DNA of 15,658 bases from a virus. Lineage: Duplodnaviria > Heunggongvirae > Uroviricota > Caudoviricetes. Below the pieces are notes generated by a model. The model saw only the letters and a list, made by a program, of their open reading frames with translations. It had not been told where the DNA came from and did not search any database. A program made the translations under genes and the position numbers. Location: IMG/VR virus record IMGVR_UViG_2721755662_000003, one strand, 5' to 3'. This document shows, piece by piece, positions 1 through 7,180 of this stretch. How positions within the stretch are numbered: the stretch's first letter is position 1; each line of letters starts with the position of its first letter.

Positions 1-1218
1 ATGAACAAACTGAGCGATACCTTGCTAAGGAAACTTCATGGTAAGCCAGCGGAGAAAAACACGTTTTATAGTGATGGCGGAAACCTGAGCGTGAAATATT
101 TAACATCAGGGAAATTGACCTGGTATTTCACATACAGGGCCGGAACGGGAAGGGAGACACGACCCGAACGCATTAAGCTGGGAAGTTATCCTGATCTGAG
201 CCTGAAAGCAGCCAGGGAAAAAGCCGCACAGTGTCGCACATGGCTGGCTGAGGGGAAAAATCCACGTCATGAGATGAATTACACCGTACAGGAAGCGTTA
301 AAGCCCGTAACGGTTGGCGATGCGCTCACCTACTGGCTTGAGTATTACGTAAAGGAAAACCGCGTGGATTATATCGCCCTGAAAAGGCGACTTAATAATC
401 ACGTAATACAGCAGATTGGTGCTATGCCGCTGGATAAATGCGAGCTACGGCACTGGCTGGCCTGTTTTGACCAGGTGGCAAAGCGAACGCCTGTTACTGC
501 CGGATTCGTGCTACAGGCGTGCAAACAGGCGCTTAAGTTCTGCCGTAGGCGGCGCTATGCAATCAGCAACGTTCTGGACGATCTGAACGTTGCGGACGTT
601 GGGAAAAAACCGGATATAAGCGAACGTGTCTTAAGTAACAAAGAACTTGGCGAATTATTGCAGGCACTGGACAAAAAAATATTCTCCCCTTACTACGTCG
701 CGTTAATCCGCCTCCTGATTGTCTTCGGAGCCAGAACGGTAGAACTGAGGTTATCGGAGATCGGGGAGTGGGATTTTACGGAAATGCTATGGACCGTTCC
801 GAAGGAGCACAGCAAAACGAAGGTCGCAATATTCCGGCCCATACCGGAAGCGATCCTGCCGTTCGTCACGCAGCTGGTGGAGCAGAACAGGCACACGGGC
901 TTATTGCTGGGGGAAGTGAAACAGGAGGCCAGCGTATCGCAGTATGGAAGATTAGCGCACAGGAGGCTTAATCACCCTCACTGGTCACTGCATGACATCC
1001 GGCGCACCTTTACAACCATGCTGAACGATTTAGGCGTTGATCCGCATGTCGTGGAGCAGCTTACAGGCCACCAGATGCCAGGAATGCAGCGAGTTTATAA
1101 TCATTCCCGTTATCTGGATGCGAAACGCAATGCGCTGGATATGTGGACGGAGCGGTTAGGGATACTGGCGGGAACACATGAAAACGTAACCACGCTACCC
1201 GTAGCCAGAAGAAAATAA
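1..1218 (+). CDS. int: Tyrosine recombinase, P4-family integrase (405 aa)
   Basis: N-terminal arm-binding-like region (LSDTLLRKL..GKP..YSDGGNLSVKY..WYFTYR..IKLGSYPDLSLKAAREKA) and C-terminal catalytic region with HDIRRTF...GHQ...RVYNHSRY (His/Arg/Tyr pattern of tyrosine recombinases); ORF starts at window position 1. Confidence 0.9.
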   Translation: MNKLSDTLLRKLHGKPAEKNTFYSDGGNLSVKYLTSGKLTWYFTYRAGTGRETRPERIKLGSYPDLSLKAAREKAAQCRTWLAEGKNPRHEMNYTVQEALKPVTVGDALTYWLEYYVKENRVDYIALKRRLNNHVIQQIGAMPLDKCELRHWLACFDQVAKRTPVTAGFVLQACKQALKFCRRRRYAISNVLDDLNVADVGKKPDISERVLSNKELGELLQALDKKIFSPYYVALIRLLIVFGARTVELRLSEIGEWDFTEMLWTVPKEHSKTKVAIFRPIPEAILPFVTQLVEQNRHTGLLLGEVKQEASVSQYGRLAHRRLNHPHWSLHDIRRTFTTMLNDLGVDPHVVEQLTGHQMPGMQRVYNHSRYLDAKRNALDMWTERLGILAGTHENVTTLPVARRK

Positions 1219-1235
1219 TTTTTTTCGTGTTTTTT

Positions 1236-1251
1236 CAGTATGCGCATACTG
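1236..1251. promoter_or_regulatory. Perfect 16-bp palindrome CAGTATGCGCATACTG just downstream of int stop
   Basis: Read directly: cagtatgc/gcatactg is self-complementary; preceded by two T-runs; operator-like or hairpin. Confidence 0.4.
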
Positions 1252-1266
1252 GATATGCGAACAGAT

Positions 1267-1310
1267 ACAACGTGCAACAATGAGCAACAATGTGGAACAA
1301 CTACGAACAA
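1267..1310 (-). repeat. Five direct repeats of ACAA (minus-strand TTGT, mostly TTGTTC/G) with exact 10-bp phasing
   Basis: atACAA cgtgcaACAA tgagcaACAA tgtggaACAA ctacgaACAA at 1267,1277,1287,1297,1307; same motif as arrays at 7899-7949 and 15383-15408. Confidence 0.65.
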
Positions 1311-1405
1311 GAGGCGAAAAAGCGTACGGATTTATAAGTAGCTGATTTTTAATGTGTTACTGGTTTTTTGTACACTAGCGAATCACTCTTTAAAGAGCGA
1401 GAAAA

Positions 1406-1432
1406 AAGGCATGGAACAATATTTTATGCCTT
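1406..1432. terminator. Hairpin AAGGCAT-13 nt-ATGCCTT flanked by A-run and TTTGTATT; candidate bidirectional terminator between int and alpA
   Basis: 7-bp inverted repeat 1406-1412/1426-1432, T-rich flank on both strands. Confidence 0.35.
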
Positions 1433-1583
1433 TGTATTAACATGAATTTAAAAGATTTTATTCTTACTGTTTCATTTTCTGTAAATCATACATCCTCAGT
1501 ATTTGCCATTCATCACTCTAGCGGGAACAATACGACACAATAAGACACCTGATGACTCTTTAAGAAACGAAAGGGGGGCAATA

Positions 1584-1772
1584 GTGTTAAGCACTGATCG
1601 GTTTATACGTGAAAAAGAATGCGAAAAACTAACCGGCCTTAGCCGTACGTGTCGCTACCGCCTGGAAAAGGCCGGACAATTCCCATCACGTCGTAAACTT
1701 GGCGGTCGTTCCGTTGGCTGGTCTTTATCCGAGGTTCTGGCCTGGAAGGATAGCTGCAAGGCAGTTCATTAA
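1584..1772 (+). CDS. alpA: AlpA/Vis-family winged-helix regulator/excisionase (about 62 aa from GTG 1584; maximal ORF from ATG 1503)
   Basis: Sequence LSTDRFIREKECEKLTGLSRTCRYRLEKAGQFPSRRKLGGRSVGWSLSEVLAWKD matches the AlpA pattern; RBS aagggggg 5 nt upstream of GTG 1584. Confidence 0.85.
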   Translation: MLSTDRFIREKECEKLTGLSRTCRYRLEKAGQFPSRRKLGGRSVGWSLSEVLAWKDSCKAVH

Positions 1773-1922
1773 TCACGCTGGCGGCACGCAGCCGCCACAC
1801 ATCAATCATCTGAACACAGAGCTATAACCATGAAGATTGAATATACGCCAGAACGTGGGCGGGGATTCGTTCGCCCTGGTGAAACTGAAAAACAACAAAA
1901 TTGGGGTTTTTCAGGTATAAAA

Positions 1923-1950
1923 AAAGCGGCCCCGAAATGGAGCCGCCTTT
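1923..1950. terminator. GC hairpin (GCGGC-loop-GCCGC) with a 7-T run on the minus strand; probable terminator for the minus-strand small genes
   Basis: aaagcggc cccgaaatgga gccgccttt; A-run on + side gives T-run on minus strand. Confidence 0.4.
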
Positions 1951-2041
1951 CTGAACAGATAACCCGCTGCGCCGTTTGTGTGTGTGATCCCAAACATAAG
2001 CACGGGGATGATAGCCGTTATCAGGCTGGTGGGCAATGCAA

Positions 2042-2230
2042 TCAGTCTGGTTCAGTTCGTTGCCATACCTGCAATGAGCGCTTTTCCCTGTACTCTTTAA
2101 GGAATTGCTCAAGGGCAAAAGCACATGGCGCGAATCTTTCTGATTCATGCTCTATCTTTCTGCGCCGTCTTTTCCGTGCCGGTGATAATGTTTTGGTCAA
2201 TTCTTTATCGGTCATTGTGTTGTCCTGCAT
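2042..2230 (-). CDS. Hypothetical small basic protein (62 aa), in frame with and separated by a single TAA from the upstream RHH-like ORF
   Basis: ORF track; ARKRRRRK basic patch; no recognisable family. Confidence 0.35.
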   Translation of the reverse strand: MQDNTMTDKELTKTLSPARKRRRRKIEHESERFAPCAFALEQFLKEYREKRSLQVWQRTEPD

Positions 2231-2272
2231 AGCAATGCGCCGTAATACCTTACACCACGGCGCTGATGGTGA

Positions 2273-2452
2273 TTACTCTGGTTCTTTGGCCTTGCGCCGC
2301 TGGCGATATTCAACTTCTCGTTTTAATGCCGCAGTAACAAATTGCCCCGTACTTTCGCCAGGCATTTTTACCGCCTCAACATTGTTCATAACTTCATGCG
2401 GAACCCTTGCCGCAACGGTTTGTGATTTTGCGTTTACCGCTTTTGTCGCCAT
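2273..2452 (-). CDS. Small ribbon-helix-helix-like DNA-binding protein (59 aa), candidate island repressor; not in the ORF track because it is under 60 aa
   Basis: Hand translation of minus strand: MATKAVNAKSQTVAARVPHEVMNNVEAVKMPGESTGQFVTAALKREVEYRQRRKAKEPE; beta-strand then two helices pattern typical of RHH; SD GAGGGG 7 nt upstream of ATG; divergent from operator-bearing promoter. Confidence 0.5.
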   Translation of the reverse strand: MATKAVNAKSQTVAARVPHEVMNNVEAVKMPGESTGQFVTAALKREVEYRQRRKAKEPE

Positions 2453-2502
2453 GTGGTGTACCCCTCATAAAAAACAAATGCAGTATGCAGGAAAAAAAAT
2501 AA

Positions 2503-2555
2503 GTGTTCAACACTTGACGTGTTTAACACCTGGGTTTAAATTGGTGTTCAACACC
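2503..2555 (+). promoter_or_regulatory. Early promoter (TTGACG -35 at 2514-2519, 17-bp spacer, TAAATT -10 at 2537-2542) overlapped by three operator dyads GTGTTYAACAC
   Basis: Operators at 2503-2513, 2519-2529, 2544-2554, each GTGTT-N-AACAC; they cover the -35, spacer and start region. Confidence 0.55.
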
Positions 2556-2651
2556 TTGTTGGCGCAAGGTGCAGAAACGACGAAACCCGGCAGTGCGCTA
2601 ACACTAACCGGGCTTCTAACCACCAACGATAGCGAAAGTATCGAGGTAGCT

Positions 2652-2855
2652 ATGAGAAATCATACCACACACCCGCAAGGGCGGGACTCGCACAACCTGA
2701 ATAAATACATCTGGCGTTTTATCGCCCTGAGCACGGCACAACCGCGCGTGATTACCATTGAGGCCACCAGCGAACAGGAAGCACGCCAGCAATCTCCGGC
2801 TGGCTGCGTGATGGTATTCGCTGCCCGTATTCGCCAGGGGTCACATCATGCGTAA
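2652..2855 (+). CDS. Small protein (67 aa), possibly Icd-like/Ash-like family seen in P4-type elements; paralog of 3088-3309
   Basis: RBS gaggt 4 nt upstream of ATG 2652; C-terminal region KYIWRFIALS...IEATSEQEARQQ...VFAARIRQG mirrors second copy. Confidence 0.5.
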   Translation: MRNHTTHPQGRDSHNLNKYIWRFIALSTAQPRVITIEATSEQEARQQSPAGCVMVFAARIRQGSHHA

Positions 2856-2859
2856 AAAC

Positions 2860-3140
2860 CGCTTGCAAAAAATTATCACGGGGCTGTATGCTTCCCCCGT
2901 CGCCCACATGGCGACCGGGTTTGACAGCCTGAATACATCTGGCGGACAGCCGCCCACATCCGATAAGCGGTTTTTTTGTGTCCGTAAACCTACCCATACC
3001 CGCATTATGGCGGGGCGTAACGGGGGAGCCTTTGTGCTCGCTGGTTTCCAGATGACCAGTCTGTCAACCCTGTTACGTCTCGCCACCATGTTTGACAGCG
3101 TAGTAGCGAGACTCCTTAAAATTCATCTGGGAGCCTTTCA
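2860..3140 (+). promoter_or_regulatory. Structured leader between the two paralogous small genes: nested stem-loops, repeated GTTTGACAGC and GCCCACAT motifs, terminator-like GCGG+T7
   Basis: GGCTGT(2872)...CCCGTCGCC cacat GGCGACCGGG...ACAGCC(2930); GGCGG acag CCGCC (2932-2945); aagcgg ttttttt (2956-2967); CTGTCAA(3062)/TTGACAG(3092); GTCTCGC(3077)/GCGAGAC(3107). Confidence 0.35.
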
Positions 3141-3309
3141 CATGGCTGTATCCGCACGCCCTTATTTTGTCTGGCGCTTTATGCAGTGCCTGACAGACAG
3201 CATTGCAATATTCACCGTTACCGCTGCCACTGAGCGCGAAGCACGTGCACAGCTGCCGCACGCACATCTGATTTTTGTCGCCCGTATTCGTCAGGGGGTA
3301 GGCTTATGA
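3088..3309 (+). CDS. Small protein, paralog of 2652-2855 (start uncertain: ATG 3088 or ATG 3142)
   Basis: PYFVWRFMQCL...TVTAATEREARAQL...IFVARIRQG parallels first copy; the N-terminal half of the 153-aa track ORF is probably not coding. Confidence 0.5.
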   Translation: MFDSVVARLLKIHLGAFHMAVSARPYFVWRFMQCLTDSIAIFTVTAATEREARAQLPHAHLIFVARIRQGVGL

Positions 3310-3536
3310 GTCAGGAAATCACACTACAACAGGCAGCAGAACGCGCCCACCAAATCGAAGTTATTTGCGCACTGGCAGAGGATTACCCTGGCATGATGAC
3401 CGACAGCGAATCAGGGGCAATCATCGGCTTACTTAAACGCCTTAGCGGTGAGGTCTGCGTATTCCTGAGCGATGAACAGGAAAGAAGAACGCTTATTTCT
3501 AACGAAAAAAAATGCGGAGGGGTACATGTGCAATAA
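3306..3536 (+). CDS. Hypothetical protein (76 aa), early operon
   Basis: ORF track; start overlaps previous stop (ATGA coupling). Confidence 0.5.
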   Translation: MSQEITLQQAAERAHQIEVICALAEDYPGMMTDSESGAIIGLLKRLSGEVCVFLSDEQERRTLISNEKKCGGVHVQ

Positions 3537-3747
3537 AACCACACCGGACGCAGCCGCCGCCGCGCTCACTACGCTGATGCACGCGCTTATTGATATTTCT
3601 GTTATTGCTGACAGGGCGCATAAACACGCAGCCAGAGAATCAGAATGCATCTTCCATTTAGCATTTGTGCAGCTAAAAGCCGATCAGGCACTGGATAAGG
3701 CCGGAAAAATTATCATGGCTGATGTGCAGGAGGTGCACCATGCATAA
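3527..3747 (+). CDS. Hypothetical protein (about 73 aa from ATG 3527; track start 3472)
   Basis: SD ggagggg 7 nt upstream of ATG 3527; overlaps flanking genes by a few nt. Confidence 0.5.
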
Positions 3748-4105
3748 TCTGTCAATTTCTGACCTTAACAGCATTCAGTTTGATGAGAAATTTACCGGGC
3801 AGTTGCTGGTCAATGTGGAGAACGGGCGCATAGTGCGTAATTATCACCTGCCGGATGGTGCAATTGCCGGAAGCGTTGAAGCATTGCTGGAACTGGCGGA
3901 ACGTGCGCGACTGATTAAGCCGTCAACGAGCCATCACGATGATGATCTGCATTTTACCGGATGTATGGTGAGTCACTACGAAAACGGCGTCGAGGTATCC
4001 TGTGAACGGCTGCGTGATGATTGCTGTTTCGGCACACTGCCGGAATTTATCGAGTTGCTGACCAGTTGCGGTTATCAGGTCATTCAGGGGGGTAAACATG
4101 CGTGA
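3740..4105 (+). CDS. Hypothetical protein (about 121 aa from ATG 3740; track start 3722)
   Basis: SD aggagg 8 nt upstream of ATG 3740; stop overlaps next start. Confidence 0.55.
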   Translation: MHNLSISDLNSIQFDEKFTGQLLVNVENGRIVRNYHLPDGAIAGSVEALLELAERARLIKPSTSHHDDDLHFTGCMVSHYENGVEVSCERLRDDCCFGTLPEFIELLTSCGYQVIQGGKHA

Positions 4106-4331
4106 TGATCGTTTTAATTCCCTGAAACAGGAATTTTCCGGCGTTCCTGATGATGCGGCTGATGCGCTTTCGTCAATGCCAGAACTTATTAGAGCGGCTT
4201 TTTTCTTACTTTCCACGAGAGAATATAAATCAACGGGGCTTGATGTACTGAATATCGCCGCCGATTATGCGGAATATGTGGCAGAGGCGCGTTATAGAAG
4301 AAAATTTCCTGAGGATGTAAGCCATGCGTGA
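4098..4331 (+). CDS. Hypothetical protein (77 aa)
   Basis: ORF track; translational coupling to neighbours. Confidence 0.5.
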   Translation: MRDDRFNSLKQEFSGVPDDAADALSSMPELIRAAFFLLSTREYKSTGLDVLNIAADYAEYVAEARYRRKFPEDVSHA

Positions 4332-4557
4332 TATTTACCACGAAACAATAGACCGCGCATTTCTTGCACTTTCTCACAGTGAAAACATGCTGGAAATATT
4401 GCGCATATGGCTTGAAACACTTGGCGACAATGAACGCGACAAACAAAAATCAAGAATTGCCACGGCATCAATAACGCTTCTTGAGCCTGTAATAATGGAA
4501 CTGCAAGAAATAGATCTATTGCACGACAGATATAAAGAACAGCACACCGGAGAATAA
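4324..4557 (+). CDS. Hypothetical protein (77 aa)
   Basis: ORF track; translational coupling to neighbours. Confidence 0.5.
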   Translation: MRDIYHETIDRAFLALSHSENMLEILRIWLETLGDNERDKQKSRIATASITLLEPVIMELQEIDLLHDRYKEQHTGE

Positions 4558-4562
4558 AAATA

Positions 4563-4862
4563 ATGAAACTTAAATATTCTGGCTTAACTGCCAGTGGCAA
4601 CACTCACCCTAAATTTACGCGCGGCGATATTTACCGCGACCAGTACGGCGGCACGGTAATGATTAAGGGCGTGGAAGAACGGCGCGTAACCTACCGCCGT
4701 GAAGGTTACGAATATGATTGCGTGATGCCTGTTTATCAGTTCCGGCGTGATTTTTCTCTGGTACAGACCGCGCCGCATAACGTGTCCACCAGCAACGCCA
4801 GGGCACGGGCAAACATCCAGAAGCTGAAAACCATGATTAACGGATTCAGGGGTAAAAAATGA
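4563..4862 (+). CDS. Hypothetical protein (99 aa) immediately upstream of and overlapping primase start
   Basis: ORF track; stop overlaps primase ATG (ATGA). Confidence 0.5.
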   Translation: MKLKYSGLTASGNTHPKFTRGDIYRDQYGGTVMIKGVEERRVTYRREGYEYDCVMPVYQFRRDFSLVQTAPHNVSTSNARARANIQKLKTMINGFRGKK

Positions 4863-6613
4863 AACTGGCACCGAACGTAAAACAGCAGTCACGCGGCATA
4901 AAACACAAAGAAACAGAAGTCATTATTTTTGCGGGTAGTGATGCCTGGTCACACGCAAAACAATGGCAGGAACATGACGCGCGTATGGCCGGAGATAATG
5001 AGCCTCCTGTGTGGCTTGGGGAGCAGCAGTTATCCGAACTGGATAAGCTGCAAATTGTGCCGGAAGGCAGAAAATCCGTGCGCATATTCAGGGCCGGATA
5101 TCTTGCGCCAGTAATGATAAAGGCGATTGGTCAGAAGCTGGCGGCGGCAGGCGTACAGGATGCAAATTTTTACCCTGATGGTATGCACGGTCAGAAGGTG
5201 GAGAACTGGCGCGAATATCTGGCCCGTGAGCGCCAGAATCTTTCTGATGGTCTGGTCATTGAGCTTCCGGTAAAGCAAAAGGCGCAACTTTCGCAGATGG
5301 CGGACAGTGAGCGCGCGCAGCTGCTTGCCGATCGCTTTGATGGCGTTTGCGTACATCCTGAAAGTGAAATCGTTCACGTATGGCGCGGCGGGGTATGGTG
5401 TCCGGTCAGCACAATGGAACTTAGCCGCGAAATGGTGGCGATCTATTCAGAGCACAGGGCCACTTTCAGCAAGCGCGTAATCAATAACGCCGTGGAAGCG
5501 TTAAAAGTTATTGCCGAACCAATGGGCGAGCCGTCCGGCGATTTGTTGCCGTTCGCCAATGGTGCGCTTGACCTGAAAACGGGGGAATTTTCCCCGCACA
5601 CGCCGGAGAACTGGATCACCACGCACAACGGCATTGAGTACACGCCACCAGCACCAGGGGAGAACATCCGCGATAACGCGCCAAACTTTCATAAATGGCT
5701 TGAGCACGCAGCCGGAAAAGACCCGCGCAAGATGATGCGTATATGTGCCGCGCTGTACATGATTATGGCGAACCGGTACGACTGGCAGATGTTTATTGAG
5801 GCCACCGGAGACGGCGGGAGCGGTAAAAGTACATTCACACACATAGCCAGCCTTCTGGCAGGGAAACAGAACACGGTAAGCGCTGAAATGACATCGCTTG
5901 ATGATGCTGGTGGACGTGCGCAGGTTGTCGGGAGTCGTCTTATCGTCCTGGCTGACCAGCCGAAATATACAGGCGAAGGAACGGGCATCAAGAAAATCAC
6001 GGGCGGTGACCCCGTGGAAATTAACCCGAAATACGAAAAGCGTTTCACGGCGGTAATCAGGGCGGTGGTGCTGGCGACCAACAATAACCCGATGATATTC
6101 ACCGAACGGGCCGGAGGTGTGGCACGTCGTCGCGTGATTTTCCGTTTCGACAATATCGTCAGTGAGGCCGAAAAAGACAGGGAGCTACCGGAAAAGATCG
6201 CGGCTGAAATCCCTGTCATTATCCGCCGATTGCTGGCGAACTTTACCGACCCTGAGAAGGCACGGGCTTTACTACTGGAACAGCGTGACGGTGATGAAGC
6301 TCTGGCAATAAAGCAACAGACGGATCCGGTTATTGAGTTTTGCCAGTTCCTGAATTTTCTGGAGGAAGCACGCGGCCTGATGATGGGCGGCGGTGGCGAT
6401 TCAGTGAAGTACACGACCAGAAACAGCCTTTACCGCGTCTATCTGGCGTTTATGGCGTACGCAGGCAGGAGCAAACCGCTAAACGTAAATGACTTTGGCA
6501 AGGCTATGAAGCCAGCCGCGAAAGTTTACGGACATGAATATATTACGCGGAAAGTTAAGGGAGTAACGCAGACTAACGCAATAACAACAGACGAGTGCGA
6601 CGCGTTTTTATAA
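4859..6613 (+). CDS. Replication protein: P4-family primase C-terminal type (D5_N-like region plus SF3 helicase NTPase), 584 aa
   Basis: Walker A GDGGSGKST, Walker-B-like LIVLADQP, D5_N-like region LPFANGALDLKTGEFSPHTPENWITTHNGIEY; followed directly by iteron ori. Confidence 0.85.
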   Translation: MKLAPNVKQQSRGIKHKETEVIIFAGSDAWSHAKQWQEHDARMAGDNEPPVWLGEQQLSELDKLQIVPEGRKSVRIFRAGYLAPVMIKAIGQKLAAAGVQDANFYPDGMHGQKVENWREYLARERQNLSDGLVIELPVKQKAQLSQMADSERAQLLADRFDGVCVHPESEIVHVWRGGVWCPVSTMELSREMVAIYSEHRATFSKRVINNAVEALKVIAEPMGEPSGDLLPFANGALDLKTGEFSPHTPENWITTHNGIEYTPPAPGENIRDNAPNFHKWLEHAAGKDPRKMMRICAALYMIMANRYDWQMFIEATGDGGSGKSTFTHIASLLAGKQNTVSAEMTSLDDAGGRAQVVGSRLIVLADQPKYTGEGTGIKKITGGDPVEINPKYEKRFTAVIRAVVLATNNNPMIFTERAGGVARRRVIFRFDNIVSEAEKDRELPEKIAAEIPVIIRRLLANFTDPEKARALLLEQRDGDEALAIKQQTDPVIEFCQFLNFLEEARGLMMGGGGDSVKYTTRNSLYRVYLAFMAYAGRSKPLNVNDFGKAMKPAAKVYGHEYITRKVKGVTQTNAITTDECDAFL

Positions 6614-6619
6614 TTTTTT

Positions 6620-6860
6620 GTAATTGCTGTCTACCCTGTCTACCTGAGTAAAGAAAAATACATTTAATTCAGTGCATTAAGTTAGGTAGATAACCTTTTT
6701 TTACTGTCTACCCACTATCTACCCTCTCTACCTGATTTTACCTGAATCAGACAGGGAGGTAGACACGGGGTAGATAGTGGATAAAAGCACTCTACCCCGC
6801 TGAAAGCCGCGCCATTACTGGTATGAGGGCCACTAAGGTAGATAAGGTAGACAAGGGGAG
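6620..6860. repeat. Iteron-type replication origin: at least 11 copies of the core TCTACC/GGTAGA (octamer YRTCTACC) in both orientations with AT-rich spacers
   Basis: tgtctacc at 6628, 6637, 6706; tatctacc 6717; tctctacc 6726; ctctaccc 6791; inverted copies ggtaga at 6685, 6758, 6771, 6838, 6847; AT-rich tracts 6611-6620, 6650-6680, 6692-6702. Confidence 0.7.
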
Positions 6861-6901
6861 GCACAACTCAAAACTTTTTAAACGAGGGGGTAAAAATAAA
6901 T

Positions 6902-7180
6902 ATGCACACTTCAGGGAAATTTAATAAATCACTCAAAAAACGCAGAGACAGAACAGAACCGAAATATCGCGCGTTAGACATGACAGAGCACGCTTTAAAG
7001 GTGGCAATCAGAACGATAGACCGCCACGCGGGGGAAGGATACGCGAAAGCACATCCCGAACTGATAAGCGCATTCATGACCACGACGGCGGCAAATTTTG
7101 CCACGCTGACAGAGCGGGAGATTGCCGAAGCGGAACAGGTAACAACCATCAACGTTAAAACCGGAGAGGTGGAATCATGA
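6902..7180 (+). CDS. Hypothetical protein (92 aa), first gene of SSB operon
   Basis: SD gaggggg upstream of ATG 6902; stop overlaps ssb start. Confidence 0.5.
   Translation: MHTSGKFNKSLKKRRDRTEPKYRALDMTEHALKVAIRTIDRHAGEGYAKAHPELISAFMTTTAANFATLTEREIAEAEQVTTINVKTGEVES

Noticed and set aside
1822-2148. 108-aa minus-strand ORF overlapping the 62-aa ORF and terminator
   Set aside because: Alternative frame over the same DNA with no RBS; likely a shadow ORF.
1830-2855. 341-aa + strand ORF spanning the alpA-to-early-operon region
   Set aside because: It runs through a terminator hairpin, two minus-strand genes and the operator/promoter region; the translation is Cys/Arg-rich and not protein-like. 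Only its last 67 codons (2652-2855) are taken as a real gene.
2848-3087. N-terminal half of the 153-aa ORF 2848-3309
   Set aside because: It coincides with strongly structured sequence (nested hairpins, T7 tract) and has no RBS; the paralog alignment supports a start at 3088 or 3142.
5689-6414. 241-aa minus-strand ORF antisense to the primase gene
   Set aside because: Lies entirely inside the well-supported primase-helicase CDS; Ser/Arg-rich low-complexity translation typical of antisense shadow ORFs. The same reasoning applies to the minus-strand ORFs inside int, capsid, protease, portal, TerS and TerL.
6620-6860. Possible CRISPR array, because of many short repeats
   Set aside because: Repeat unit is only 6-8 bp, occurs in both orientations with irregular spacing, and sits directly after a replication gene; this fits iterons, not CRISPR.
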